Positions 39,281 through 52,836 of a stretch of 64,000 nt of DNA are shown piece by piece. The stretch comes from Lama guanicoe (Eukaryota), in the NCBI GenBank assembly GCA_013239625.1, contig MU053588.1:769988-833987 (forward strand), written 5' to 3'. Position 1 is the first letter of the stretch. The number at the start of each line of letters is the position of its first letter. The notes beneath the pieces were generated by a model, which was given only the letters and a program-made list of their open reading frames with translations, was not told the origin of the DNA and did not search any database. Position numbers and translations under genes: made by a program.

Positions 39281-41666
39281 AATCCAGCTGCTGAAATAAG
39301 ATGGGAGTTTCTTTCTTCTGTAGGTAGCGCTCAGGCTGCTCAAGGCTGGTGAGATGGCTCAGGGACTCAGGTCCCTTTTGTCTTATGGCTCCTTCTTTCC
39401 CTTCGATATTGTGCTTACCTGCATGGTCAGCATGGAGTCACTCCATATCCACATTCCCATCAGCAGGAAGGGAGACATTGTATGCGTGGAGGGCAAGCAG
39501 TTCTATTTTTAAGAACACGAGGTAGCAGCTCCAGCACTTGTACTCCTATCCCGTTGGCCAAAACCAAGTCATGTCCACAGCCAGCTGCCAGGGAAACAGA
39601 GAAGTGTGGTCCCCACCCAGGTGGCCACACACACATCAAAATTCTGATTTGCGGTGGGCAGGGGGTTCTTCCTACTCAAAGGAAGAAGAGGGTGGAGGGT
39701 GGCAGGAGCTCTGTGGGACTCCCGGGGCTGGTGTGTCTAATTGCACAGGCTCACAGGACCTTCCTCCGTAACCCACAGCCAAATCCTTTGGACACAAGGG
39801 TGGCGGCTTCAAAGGGAAGAAGAATTTTGACTCCCAAAGCAGATATAATGGTCCAGGATGAAACCACTCACAACTTTCTCTTTTGAGGCACTAAACAATA
39901 GGCTTTCCTTTCAAACCAAGTCTTTTTAAATGTTTTAATCATGGAAAATTTCAAACATATGCAAAGTAGAGGGACTTGCATAGTAAATTCCTAGCCCGGC
40001 TTCCACAGTTATCAGCTTCATGGGCCAATCTTGCTTCTCTCTTCTCTCCCTTACCTTCCCCTGATTATTTTGAAACAAATCCTAGACATCCTATCGTTTC
40101 ACCTGTAAACATTTCAATATTTATCTCTAAAATATATAGATTTAAAAATATAAGTATTTTGCCACTATCATACATTAAATAATTGACAATAACTCCTTAT
40201 TGTCATATAAACAAGTTGGGCTATGAAATCAGTTAGTGCATCTCAATCAACTTTTCAAGAATAGAGTAGAAAAGAATGAGCCGTATCAGAATGTGTCCCA
40301 GCAAGGAAGTACTTTGTTTCATGGAGCTTTGTTCTGGTTTTACATGGTTCCCCACTTCACAGTTTCTCACTATGCAGACCAGGAACAGATGTGTTTACAT
40401 TTTCAGGTAAGTCCTCTGGCATTCAGTGTCCTTTCTTGCTGCCCACACTTAAGAATGTGATCCACGTGGGTTGCAAGGAGTATTTTTATGTGTATGGATG
40501 CACGTGTAAATGTGTAAATGACTAATGTGGCTTGTGACATAAAACTCCTTTTTAGTGTGCATAGTGGTCAGAAAAATCTGGAAGCTGCTGCTCTCATAGG
40601 TACATCACAAAGCATCATTTCTAGCCAGGGAGTGACCTTCCATGGGAAACGTGGACCATTACATGATCTCTTTCCTTAACGCAGTTTCAGGCAAGGGCAG
40701 ACAAATCTTGATGTAACTTGCTTAACAGTCACGGCTCCTTAAGTTAATCTTCTCACCCCAAGAAGAAGAGGGAATCCCTAAGGAAATGCTGAAGAACTAG
40801 GGGTTCTGTTCAGAGGGTCTTCGTATCTATCATAGTATGTTATCATGGCGGAAATCTCACACGAATGAAACAGGGAGTAAATTGGAGGGAGGGAGGCAAG
40901 GCCCTGTGCTGCCTGGTAGGTTCCAGGTTGGGGGATGGTCTGAGGAGGAGACTGGGAAGAGGTTTGTGCCTCTAAGAATGAAGTCATGAAGTAGAGAATA
41001 TGGCCCAAGCCCCCAGCCTAGAAAAGATCCCAGGGTATCTGGTCTCTTGTTTCTCCAGCTTACTCTGGCTGTAGTCAGTGTATCAGTCAGAATACAGCAT
41101 TAGTGGCTAAAAACAACACAGATTTATCTCACTCACACCACATGTGCATCTTAGGTTCAGCCAGAGTCTGTGCTCCACATTCTTCTAATTTTGGGACCCT
41201 TGCCCACCCTGCAGCCTCTATCTGGAATACTCCCAGTGGCCGTGGCATAGGGGAAAGGCCTGCAGAGGGTCTCGGGTTGGCAATTAAATGCCCCAGCCCA
41301 GATGATATACTGGTTCCGTTCACAACTCATTGGCCAAAACAAATCCCAGAGCCCACCAACCATAGTGGGGCTAAGGAGGGCGATCCTGCCGTAAGTTGGG
41401 GGAAGAGAAGGGTGACCCTGGGGGGCCAGGAAGCGTGAGGGGAGGCAGGGCACTCGGAGAACACCACCTAGCCTCTGTGGGAGGCTTCCGCGTTGCTCCA
41501 GAGGTCAGGAGCCAGAGCCGAGACTAGGTGGACATCACTCTCCTGGACCCCGGCCTCGCCTGGGAGGGTAGATGGGGTCAGCAGGCTCTTTGGCCTCAAC
41601 GGGTAGAATCCGACCAAGACCCTTCCACGGGAGCTCCTGAGGCTAGACCCCACGTGTTGCCTGCAG

Positions 41667-41941
41667 GTGATGACCAACGGCTGGGAGACGGTGGACATGA
41701 CCCTGCGGCGGAACGGGCTCGGCCAGCTGGGCTTCCACGTGAAGTACGATGGCACCGTGGCCGAGGTGGAGGACTACGGCTTTGCCTGGCAGGCCGGCCT
41801 CCGGCAGGGCAGCCGGCTGGTGGAGATCTGCAAGGTGGCCGTGGTCACGCTGACCCACGACCAGATGATCGACCTGCTGCGAACCTCCGTCACCGTCAAG
41901 GTGGTCATCATCCCACCTTTCGAGGATGGCACACCCAGGAG
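41667..41941 (+). CDS. SIPA1L3: SIPA1L3 coding exon 8 (275 nt, PDZ domain)
   Basis: ctgcag|GTG...AG|gtaagg; [13 protein letters not shown]...[15 protein letters not shown] (PDZ carboxylate loop QLGF). Confidence 0.96.
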
Positions 41942-42599
41942 GTAAGGCCATCTGCCCTGGCCAGGGCTGGGTGGGGGTTGGCAGCTCCCCGAGGGCTGGC
42001 ATTGAGGCCCTTCCTTGGCAGAAAGAGTGACAGTGGTGACGGGGTCTTCACTGTGGGCCAGTCGTGGGCCCCAGTCTCCAAGCAGCCCTGTGAGGCTGGT
42101 GCCCTCCTTCGCCCAGGCTCCTAGCCAGCACACCCGTGCTAGGGCGCAGTGCACCTTGTTTATTCATTCAGCACATGCTTACTGTGCAGAGTGCTCAGGA
42201 CTTGACAGCAAACAAAAGTGCCTGTTCTCTTGGAGTTTGTGTCCTGAGGGAAGGACAGGCAGTAATTAAATACTTGCATGATACAGGATCAGCCAGTGAC
42301 AAGGTCTGCAGCATGGCGAGGGCGTGGCTTATGGGTGGTCAGGGAAGGCTCCAGGGCGGAGGCCACCATATGGGTTTCTGGGCAAGCAGAGAACAAGCCA
42401 GGGCAGAGTCTCCAAAGTGCCAGTGTGTGTGGCGCTTTCCCGCAGCACAGCGAGGCCAGTGTGGCTGGAGAAGAGTGAGCGGGATGAGAGGTGGAAGAAA
42501 GGGACAGAGGGGACAGGGCAGACGGGGGTGCCTTTCTGGACATGATAACGAGCTTGGGTTTTGTTCACTGGGAAGCCAGTGCAGGGTTTGTTTCTTTTC

Positions 42600-43530
42600 A
42601 ATTTGTTTAGTTTACTTTTTTTAATGGAACATTTCAAGCACATTAAAAGTATACTGAGCCAAGCCCCTGTTTCAGCATTTATCATATGGTGTTTTGTTTC
42701 TGTTTTTAAATCCATACTTCCCCACCTTGGATTATTTGGAATAATCCCACTCCTTGGAATGTTCCCCTACCCAGTCAGGACCTTTAAAAAGTTATTATTA
42801 CGCTTAAAAAATTTAATAGTAAGTCGGTATCAACTATCCATTCTGTCTTTAGCTTTCTGTTGTATCAGTATTTTTAAAAGACAGTTGTTTTGTTTATCAA
42901 GCTCCTCCTGTGGCATTTGGTTGATGTATCACTTCAGGTTCTTCTATAAGTTTCTCCTCCTGCTTATTTTTTTCTTACAGTTGATTTTGGGAGGAAACCA
43001 GGTCACTGGTCCTTTAGAGCCTCCCACTTCCTGGATTTAGCCGCTCACATCCCCCGGTGTCCTTTAACCTGTTCTTCTAGCGCACGGATTTCCCGTAAAC
43101 CAAGGATCGGCATAGAAGCTTTATCAGACTCTGGGATTCTGGTTAAATTCTCTTGGTAACAACTCTTCCCAGGTGTGCACCCACCAGGAGACATCTCGTG
43201 TCTGATCATTCCTGTGCGAGTGAAACTGAGGGCGGTCAGAGGGTTCGGATGGTGGCAGCGTGACCTGTCACCATACATTTCCCCTCAGCTCTCAGCAGCC
43301 ATTCCTGATCATTACCTAGATCCCCTGTGTCATTACGGGTCACCCTGAAGTGACGGTCTCAGTTCTGTCATTCCTTCCTCATTTTTTGGCTGGAGGTCTT
43401 CTAAAAAGAACTTTCCTTCAGCAACTATTGGGTTCTTCTGAGGTGTGATTTATACAGGGAAAGCAGGCTAGATGCAGTTTTTAGAATAATGAGTTGGTAC
43501 CCTGGCAACCTCCACAGGTGCCCAGAGACA
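42600..43530 (-). mobile_element. Old LINE-1 (L1MC-like) 3' fragment
   Basis: Antisense L1MC 3' UTR motifs (atggaacatttcaagcaca; tctgtcattccttc; cagggaaagcagg). Confidence 0.55.
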
Positions 43531-46039
43531 GTGATTCTAGCATCACTACATTCCAAGCACTGGAAACTCAGCTGCACAGAGGAAGGTCAAGGCCTGGGCC
43601 CTCACGGAGCTGACAAATACGTCAGGGGAGACAAACAGTAAAGGAGTAAGCAGATAAGATGGTTCATACGACAAAAGGGGGAGCAGCCGAGCGTAGTGGG
43701 AAGGCGGGCTGCAGAGTGAGGTTACCTGTGTTTGAATCCAAGCTGCTCCTCCTACTGTGACTCTGGGCAAGTGGCCTCACCGCCCTGCGCCGCAGTTTCC
43801 TCATTTGTAAAATAGGGATGATAATAGAGCCTTTCCCTGGAGGAGGTTGTGAGGTCCGAGGAGATGAGGCTTGTGGAGCACATAGCACAGCACCTGGCCT
43901 GTAGGAGGCACCAGCCCTCTGAAGACCCCAGCTCTGAGGTACCAGGTGTGAGGAAAATAAAGCATGTGACCTGACGTTGGACTGGGTGGTCAGGAAAGGC
44001 CTGAAGGTGAGAAAAACCAGAAGAAAGGCTTTGTAGGGAGGGAGGAGCCATCACAAATGTGAGGACAGAGGCTCTCATTGACAGACTAGAAAGAGGGTAG
44101 TGTGGCTGGAGCAGAGTGATCCAAGAGGGGGCACGAGATGAGGAAACACTGAGTGCTTCTACACATGACCTCGCTGGGCTGGTATGGTCCCCACTTTACA
44201 GAGGAGAAAACTGATGCCCAGAGTGGACCAGTCACCTGAGCACAGTCGTGCAGCTACTGAGCAGCAGAGCAAAGCTCAGTCCAGGTTTCCCATCTCCATA
44301 TACCCTGCTGCCTCTAAAAGCTGTTGCAAGCTGTGGGCTTGGGAGTTCTGGTTGAGCCATCCCCACTTTCCTGAGTCCTGTTTGCTCTGAACTTGGTGGG
44401 GAACAGTTCTGGGTAGGCTTAACCCTGCTGCAGCCAAGGGCTTGGCCACCCCCACCCAGGTCTTTCAGCCTCAGGTCTCCAGTCAGGCCCAAGGCGTCCC
44501 CTTCTCCCAGCCCTCTCCTGAGGCTTCCTCCACCCCTGCACGGAGCCAAGGCGCAGCCACACCTGCTCTGAGCTCTGCAGGGGCAAGTCAAGCTGAGGTA
44601 ACCCCCAGGCGAGCTCCCGGCAGAGCCCGCCGCCCCGCTCCACACTCAACACGCACGCACACCATAAGCCAGGCCGCCTGTTGGGTGACTCGAAAACTTG
44701 GGAGTGCCAGAGACCACAAAGGCGTCCTCATACCTGCAGGTAGGGAGCAGCTGAAGGGAAAGGAAACGTCTGCGGGCTCCCTTCTCTGGCTTTGGGGAGA
44801 CGAGGCCAGGGAGGGTGTGACCAGACGGACAGGCTCCGAGCCCTGCCCTATTTAGAAGAAAAACTATCGCCCTGCTGCCTTTACAAGGTGGCCACCGAAA
44901 CAAGATCTCCTGTTTGCAGGGGCGGGTGTGGGTTGGGACTTGCGTGGGTTTTGTTGCTTTCCAGGCGCAGTGGTGTCTAGCTGGCCTCACTTGCAGATCT
45001 GATAGCCCCGGCCCTGGGCTCCCCGCAGCCTCTCGCTGCAGCCCTGGTCTCCTGGCCTAAGTGTCACGATAAGCCCTGAGGGGAAGCACGCTGGGATGAG
45101 CAGAGGTGTTCCGCCTGCCGCCAGCCAGGCTCTGCACAGCGTGTCTCAACCCTGTGCCCTTTGGGCACTGAGTAGAGTACAGAGGATCATCTCTGTACCC
45201 CCAGGCCACGAGGCTGGGGTTCTCAAGTGAGCCCTGCCCTGCTGGGCCAGGCCAGGTAGCCAGGAGGGCACCCCAGAGCTCCTGAGGAGGTGTGTTGTCA
45301 TGCCCTCGGGTGCTTGCACAGGCCCAGGAGGGATGTTCTCAATCTCGCTGCCCCTGTCACTGCCTGATCCTGGATGCCTTTGTACCCTTCAGTTGGACTC
45401 AAGACATCTGATGGAAGCAGGGGGCTGGAAATTCCTCTCTGAGGAGGGAAATCAAAACCCCACAAGTTAGTGAGTAGGAAAGATAAGAAAGGAGTCCCTG
45501 CGGCCCCCAGAAACTAGGCTGTCGGGGCTCAAGGACACGGAGGCAGGAGGAAAAGTGGTCTGCGAACCATGGGCGTCCACCCTCAGACCGCTCCCGCATG
45601 CGGCTGAGAGGTTGGAAAGGGAGTATTTAGTGAAGCCTTATTGGCCAAGCAAAAGACTAGAAGAAACCTAAATATCCAACTGTAGGGGACCAGCTGAGTA
45701 GACCCCAGGTCATCCATGTGATGGAATAGTCATTGATTGTTTATAGAAAATGCAGTGGGTCTGTGCTGAGAGGGCCTGATAAGAAATATTGTTAATTGGG
45801 AAGGAAAAAAAAAACTCAAGATGGGATCTGGGGTTAAGTGTAGTAGTCTTTTTATTTCTATTTTAAGTCATATTTACTTATCTACATGAGATATTTTTGT
45901 AAGAATATATGAAAGCTTGGAAGCTGTGGGTGCTTCTGATGAGTATAACCGGGGAGCAGAGATAGGGGACAGGGATGCCCTTTTATACCACTCCAGTGTA
46001 TAAAAACAATTCAGAAACGAAATCAGTGCAATGGGCTTC

Positions 46040-46200
46040 TTAAGCCTCTTGTGTCAGAATTGTCCCTGGCAGCTCAGTAAAATGCCACTTCCTAGGTCCC
46101 ACCTCCAGGAGGACTCTGAGTCAGATGAGCCAAGATGGGGCACAGGAATCTGTGTTCTTTCCTGAGTGCCCAGGGTGATTTTGATGCTGGTAGTTCTCAG
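46040..46200. mobile_element. hAT-Charlie MITE (MER5-like)
   Basis: tcagaatt..aaaatgc..cctaggtcccacctccag..ggggcacaggaatctg..cagggtgattttgatgc; similar copies near 3190-3315, 20870-21105 and 50805-50950. Confidence 0.6.
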
Positions 46201-48305
46201 ACGGCCGGGAAGGAATTTGTTCCCAAGCCCCCAGGTGGGTGTGGCTGGACTTCAGAAAGTAGAAGTGGGAATGGCAGGTGGACTGTCCACGGACCTGGTG
46301 GAGAAGGTGACGGCAGCAGCCCTTATTCATAGGCGCTTGGCCTGCACCAGCCTTTCTACTAATGCTCAGAGGATGCTCATCACCACTCCAGCTTACAGGT
46401 TCGGAAACAGAGGCCCTGAGAAAGAAATTCCTCCCAAGACCACACAGGCCATTCGTGGCAGAGCTGGGCTCTGAACTGGCCCTCTGGCCCAGGAGCCCTG
46501 GCTCTCCATCACTCTGTGCTGCCTTCAGGGTGACTGCATAACATTTCCTTCTTTGAGATCATGCCCAGGGGCTACTGGCCAAAGGTGAAGCTGTCAGTAA
46601 CTGGAATAGAAGTCAAGGACCCAAGAAATCTACCACCACCTCCCAAACCATTGTTCACTGGGCCAGTGGTTAAAGCTGTGGGCTTTTGAGTCAGCTTACT
46701 ATCTCTGAATGCAGTTTCTGCCTCTTACTGGCTGTGACCTTGGACAGGTTGCTTAACTTCTCTGTGCCTCAGTTTACTTCTGTCTTCAGTGTGATGTACT
46801 GATCAGAACTCTGGTTACCAGCAACAGAGGTGAAGCAAAAGAGGGACTTTATTGGCATATGCATCTGATAAGACCAGGAGATAGGGCAAGGCTCGAGTGT
46901 GACTGTATGCGGGGACTCGGGCATCTGCATCAGGAATCTCTTTCCCCTGTCTCCTTCTCTGCGTGGCTGTCATTCTCAAACCGTCTCCCACTTTGTGGGA
47001 ACAAAAATGACCTGTCCCTCCTTACAGCTCCGGCTTAGGTCTCCCCAGCCCAGCAGCCCAAGTAAAATAGATCTTTCCCCTGGTGGCTCCAAAGTTAATA
47101 CTCACTGTCTCTGATTGGCCCAGCTTGGGGCACGTGACAGTCCTGTGTCAGTCATTGTGTCCAGAGGGAGAGGAGTTTCTGATTGGCAGACCTGGGTCAC
47201 ATGCTCATACCTGGAGCCAAGAAATGGAGCCAGCCCCACCCAGAGCACACAGACCTGTTCCCAGAAGAAGGGGGGTAGAAGCTGGGCGGGCAGGAGCAGC
47301 AGGCGTGTGCTGCCTGGGGCCACAGTGGTATCCCCTCCACCTCCACTGGGCTTGGCATAGCTGTGGGTTCTTTTAGATGTTTGTACATTGTCATTCCTCA
47401 CCTGGTACCTGGTGAGGCATGGGCACCTGCTAATCCAGATAGACTGCTGGAATGTCAGCTCTGACGTAGTGCAGCTGAGGGGCCCAGGTGCCAGAGCACA
47501 CCCTCAGGTCACCTTATGATGACTCCTTAAGCAGCATGACCTGGGCCCACAGCCTCCCAGCCACTGAGTCTTTTACCGGGTGGCCCTGAAAGTGCCTCAG
47601 GGGACTCAGGAGAACCGGAGAGGATCGGCTCATTGTAGGCACGCGAGCTTCCAGGCCGTGGGCTCCTCCAGTCTCAGCTCCCACAGCTGCGGGGAGGTGG
47701 GTTCTGTGAGCACGGCCCCCTCCTTGGGTGCACGGCCCCCTCCCGTGCTCGCTGCAGCCGCGGTGGAGATGCCAGCCCAGCCTGCAGGCCTCCCCGCCTT
47801 GAGCCGGGAACGCCGCGGTGCGTGTGCCAGCCTGGTCTGGGGGGAGTCGCAGGCAATTCTGCATCTATTTCAAGGTTCTGGATTTCGTGGCTTTTTTTTT
47901 TTTTTAACCACCCTGCAAAGTAGGTCACCTGCTCCTCTTCCAGCTGCCTTTGAGCTTCTTTGGAACAAGGCAGATACTATCCTCTGATTCTGAGGGCATC
48001 CGCCTTTCTGGCCCCAAGTATAGCCAAGGGGGGCCGAGCCGGTCCATGGAGGACACTGGCCGACTTGAGGCCTGGGTCAGGGAGAAGGGAGAGGAGGGGA
48101 GGGGAAGGAGAGCCCCTGCATTGGGCCTTGTCCTGGCTGAGGTGCTAAGTTTCAGACCAAGTTGAAGGGTACCTACTTGGCCTTTAAAAGAGGCCGTCTC
48201 AGCTCAGGTTGGGCCCGGAAAGCCCAGCACCGCGTCTCTCCCAGGCAGCTGGCCTGTGCATTGGTGGCCAGGGCCTCTCTGAGTAACGAAGTTTTTCCTT
48301 CCCAG

Positions 48306-48557
48306 GGGGTGGCTGGAGACCTATGACATGAATACCTCGGAGCCCAAGACGGAGCCGGAGAGCATGGCCCCGGGGGGCCGGCCCCCCTACCGCAGCAATG
48401 CTCCATGGCAGTGGAGCGGGCCCTCATCCCACAACTCCCTGCCAGCCTCCAGGTGGGCTGCTCCTGCCACCCCTGGCCACGCCCAGTCCCTGAGCCGGCC
48501 CCCGAAGCAGACCCCCATGGTCCCCTTCCGGGAGTCCCAGCCTCTGCACAGCAAGAG
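48306..48557 (+). CDS. SIPA1L3: SIPA1L3 coding exon 9 (252 nt)
   Basis: ccttcccag|G...AG|gtaagg; GWLETYDMNTSEPK...QPLHSK. Confidence 0.93.
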
Positions 48558-49355
48558 GTAAGGCCCCTCCGAGGGGCACCACCCGGCCCCCACCTCCCTC
48601 CTGTCTGCAGCCGCCCTTTGCCCTTTTCCCTCTCCCCTTTCTGTCCAGTGTCTTCCTCTCCTTAGTCTTTCTCCTTCCCTTCTTGTCCTTATGCCTCCCT
48701 CCTACCCTCCCTCCCTCCCTTTAATATCCCTCCTGAGTGAGGGCATGGTGCTGGGGAGCTCAGTGTCTGAGGTTGGAAATCCACCATACCACATATGATT
48801 AAAACTATATATTTTTTAAGAGGTCAAGGGACCAATAAGTGCAAAATTTACAACAGTGATTACTTTTGAGAGGATGTAGAGGGGAAGGAGAGGAACCCAC
48901 CAGCGGATACATATTTCTACTGTTCTGGCTTGTGGGGTGGTGGTAGCTTCGGGAGGTTTGTTTTATTATAATGATGTATACTTTACAGATAAATGCTTTT
49001 GATTATATAGTATAGTAGAAGGTAAAGAAAAATTTCTAAGAAGTGAAGGAATCCAGCTTGCAGAGGGGCGTCTTGTCCCAGGCCAGGCCGAGAACGGTCG
49101 GCGGCCCAATCAGGCCTTATCAGGCCACAGAACCCGAGGGGCAGGCGTGGCCACAGTGGGAGGGAAGCAAAGGGTATCCTGCCCACCCCCACCCCCCCTC
49201 CACTGCTCTCTCTCCATCCCCATGGAAGGATGGCAGATGAAGCAGAGGTGGTGTGGTTGGCCCAAGGGAAGGGTCTGGCTGTCCCTGCTCTGTCGGGTCA
49301 GGGGTGTCCTCCTCGCCCATCCCCACCTCCTTCTTCCTTCCTGTCTCTCTTCCAG

Positions 49356-49493
49356 GCCTGTCAGCTTCCCAGAAACCCCTTACACAGCATCACCAGCAGG
49401 GGCCGACAAAGTCCCTCCCTACCGACAGCCTTCTGGGAGCTTCTCCACCCCTGGCTCGGCCACCTACGCAAGATACAAGCCATCCCCGGAAAG
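49356..49493 (+). CDS. SIPA1L3: SIPA1L3 coding exon 10 (138 nt)
   Basis: Long pyrimidine tract then tccag|G...AG|gtcagg; PVSFPETPY...RYKPSPE. Confidence 0.93.
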
Positions 49494-51747
49494 GTCAGGG
49501 TCTCTTCACTCTTTTCAGTTAAGAAATCTGGTAGAAGGTGGAATCTTTCTTCTTCAGCAAATACACTTACCCTGCAAGTGTATTTGCTTTTGTGTGGGGC
49601 TTCTGGATCCCTGAAGGTCATCACAGGATCTCCAGGAGGATGGGCTGTGTCTAAGATTTAGGACCAAGCTGGCCTGGGCAGGACTCGCTGTTGCCTTTCT
49701 TTGCCACAGTATTTCTGTTGTGGTTTTCTCAACACCTGATTGACTTGTCTGAGCAAGAGCATGCACCTTCCGGCTCAGCGATTCACCTAACTCCTGTGGT
49801 GCTCCCCAAGAGCAGGCCACCAGCCTTGCCCAGTTTTCATGGCCTTTTAGTCTTCAGCCCTGTCCCCTTGGGTCCTTCGTCAGTCTGGCAGCATGAGGGA
49901 CCTTCCCAACTCCTCCATGGCTCCCCAGTGCCCTCAGGATAAACACGCACTCTCTAGCTTGCTCTCCAGTTGCTTGCAGCCCCCGTGCCCTATAGCCTTC
50001 CTCCTCTGGGTTCCCTGCCATGGGCCTTATCCTGGATGTCTGCCCACACCCCCCCTGCAGTCCATCCCTTCAACCCCCTGAGCATCTCTGCCTCCACCCC
50101 CTCCTCCTTAACCCAGTGCCCTGCCCCTGCCACGTCCTTGAGCCCCCATCCTCTGGCCCACCTCCTCTGGTCCACTTTCCGCTGAGTAGCCAGGGGGATC
50201 TTTGTATATCTGCGCATGTCTTTCCCCTGCTCCAAACTCTCCCACATGTCCCATAGTCCTCAGGACACAACATCCATGTCTCACTGTGGTCACCAGGGAC
50301 CCACTCGCTTCCCCAGCCTTGTGCAAGGCCGCACATCAGCCGCTCTGGCCACTTCTGATTTCCTAGGTAGGCTGTCTGTGCATTTCAGAATCCTCCTCAT
50401 GTTCTTCCCTCTGCCTGGAAATTCTTCACACTCTTCACTGCACACACTCCTCACTGCCCCCCACCATTCCGCCAACTTGAGCACGGATGCTCCTCTTCCA
50501 GGAAGCCTTCCCTGTACCTCACCCCATGCTAGATGACATGCTGCCCCTCTACCTTTCACCTCCCTTTGTGTTTCCTGATCATGCTCTCCATTCTGTTAGC
50601 CCCGCTAAGTGTGTATGTGTGTGTACACATGTGTGCATGTACACTGATGCACGCGTGCATGAACGAGCCTGCTCTCCGAGATATACCACCTTCCCAGGTC
50701 ATCTTTGTGTGACACACAGCTCAAGGTCTGGCACACGGTAGATCCTTGGTACATATTTGATGAAAGGATGGAGCGAGCAAGTGAGTGAGTGTGTTTAAAT
50801 AGTGCACCTCAGAATCACCTGGAGGGAGGGCTTGTTAAAATATAGATTCCTGGGCCTCACCCTCAAGTTTCCAGCTTGGTAGGTGTTGGGTAGAGCGTGC
50901 GATACCAAGGCTGCTGGTCCAGGGAACACACTTCGAGAGCCGCTGCACTAAACCAGTGTTTGATTCCAAGCCTCTGCTGTAAAAGTGAGGGAAACACACA
51001 CGCTCTTCCATCTTCTAGTAACCACTACTCAGCTTTCATCAGCAGAGGATTCTAAGTGCTTTCTGTGTGCTGGCTGCCAGGAGAAATATTTGAGATACTC
51101 ACTCACTCCAGGGGCTCCTGTTGTCAGTGCTGCTGTGATGGAGAGAGGGTAGAAACGATGTGCACGCTGATGTGAGAGCTCTGATAGACTCAGGCCTTGG
51201 AGGAGGGAGCTCAGCCCAGCCCCAAGGAGGCTGGCTGCCTGGGCTGGCTGCCTGGAGGAGGTAACAGTTGAACAGATCTTTGAGAGATTAGTAGGAGTTT
51301 GCCACATAGAAAGGGGAGAAAGTAATTTCAGAATGGAGGCCACAGACATGAGTAAGCAGAATGGAGTGGGACATAGGAGGAATGGAGATGAGTCTGCGGT
51401 GTAGGGGTACCTGGGTGACAATAATGGCTGAGGCTGGAAGTGGCAGTTGGCAGGGAGCAGTTAGCCAGGAACAGAGGTGGAGGGGATGATAGTACTCCAG
51501 GGAGCTCTTTTTTTTTCCCAAATTCTGATGTCCCCATCCTTTTATTATTATTTTTAAACTCTTTATTTGAAATAGTTATAGACTCACAGGAAGTTAAAGA
51601 AGAAATGTAAAGGCAGCTCCAGTGAGCCCTTCACCCAGCCCTCTCCAAATGTCAGCATCTTGTGTAACTGATACAGCATCAAAGCACGACATTGACATTG
51701 GTACAATCCATAGTGCTTATTCAGAATGCACCAGTTACGTGTGAGTA

Positions 51748-51796
51748 TGTGTGTGTGTGTGTGTCTGTCTGTCTGTCTGTCTGTGTCTGTGTGTGT
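51748..51796. repeat. Compound (GT)n/(GTCT)n microsatellite
   Basis: tgtgtgtgtgtgtgtctgtctgtctgtctgtctgtgtctgtgtgt. Confidence 0.85.
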
Positions 51797-52152
51797 AGCT
51801 CTATGCAGTTTTGTCCACAGTTGAGGCACTCAGCTGTACCATCACCACCAAACTCCTTCCTCCTGCTTCTCCATAGCCATACCCACCCCATCCCCCATCC
51901 CTAACTTCTGGCAACCATTTTTTTGTTCTGCATCTCTTACTTCATGAATGTTTTATAAAAGGAATCATACAGTATATCTTCTGTTGCTGAGTTGTATTCC
52001 ATGGTGTGGCAGTACCATAGTTCGTAGAACCATTCATCCATTGAAGGATATTTGGGTAGTTTCTGAGTGTGGACTATTACAGATTTTCATGCTCTGAACA
52101 TTCATCAAAAGTTTTCATTTCTCTGGGATAAGTGCCCAAGAACACAGTTGCT

Positions 52153-52836
52153 GGTCAAGATATGGAACAGCCTAAATGTCTGTTGACAGATGAATGGATA
52201 AAGGAAATGTGGTGTACATACACAATGGAATATTATTCAGCCATAAAAAGAGGAAATCCTGCCATTGGGACAACGTGGATGAACCTCACAGGCATTATGC
52301 TAAGTGAAATACATCAGACAGAGGAAGACAAATACTGCATAGTATCAGTTATATGCAGAATGGGGGAAAAAAAGTCAAATTCAAAGAAACAGAGAGAGTG
52401 GTTGCCTGGGGGTGGGGGCAGAGATGGGGAGAGATGTTGGTCAAAGGGCACAAACTTTGACTTACAAGATGAACATGTTCTGAGGATTTAATGTACAGCA
52501 TGGTAGCTGTAGTTAATACTTCTGTATTACATAGCTAAAATCTGCTAAGAGAGTAGATCTTAAGCATTCTCACCTTAAAAAAAAAAATAACAATGTGAGA
52601 TATTAGATGTGCTCACTTGCTTGGGGTAATCATTACACAATGTACACGTATATCAAATCATTGCCTTGTACACGTTAAATATATTCCAATTTTATTTGTC
52701 AGTTACACCTCAGTAAAGCTGGGAGTGTGGGAGGGAGACGTTTCTAAGAGTGCCACTTACTCAGCAAGCTGAGAACGTTATCTCAGAGGAGTGTGCTGAC
52801 CATTCTGTAGTGCTGTAGAAAAGTGTTTTAAAAAAG
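52153..52836 (+). mobile_element. 5'-truncated LINE-1 (L1MA9-like) nested insertion with extra 3' segment
   Basis: ORF2 C-terminal remnant QPKCLLTDEWIKEMWCTYTMEYYSAIK, L1 3' UTR to ~52723, 15-bp TSD AAGAA(C/T)ACAGTTGCT at 52138-52152 and 52837-52851. Confidence 0.85.

Noticed and set aside
41661..41672. AG|GT at the start of real exons (41667 and 58484)
   Set aside because: The GT comes from coding sequence, and GTGATG/GTACGC are poor donors.
52132..52491. 119-aa ORF resembling a protein
   Set aside because: Degenerate L1 ORF2 C-terminus plus UTR; not an independent gene.
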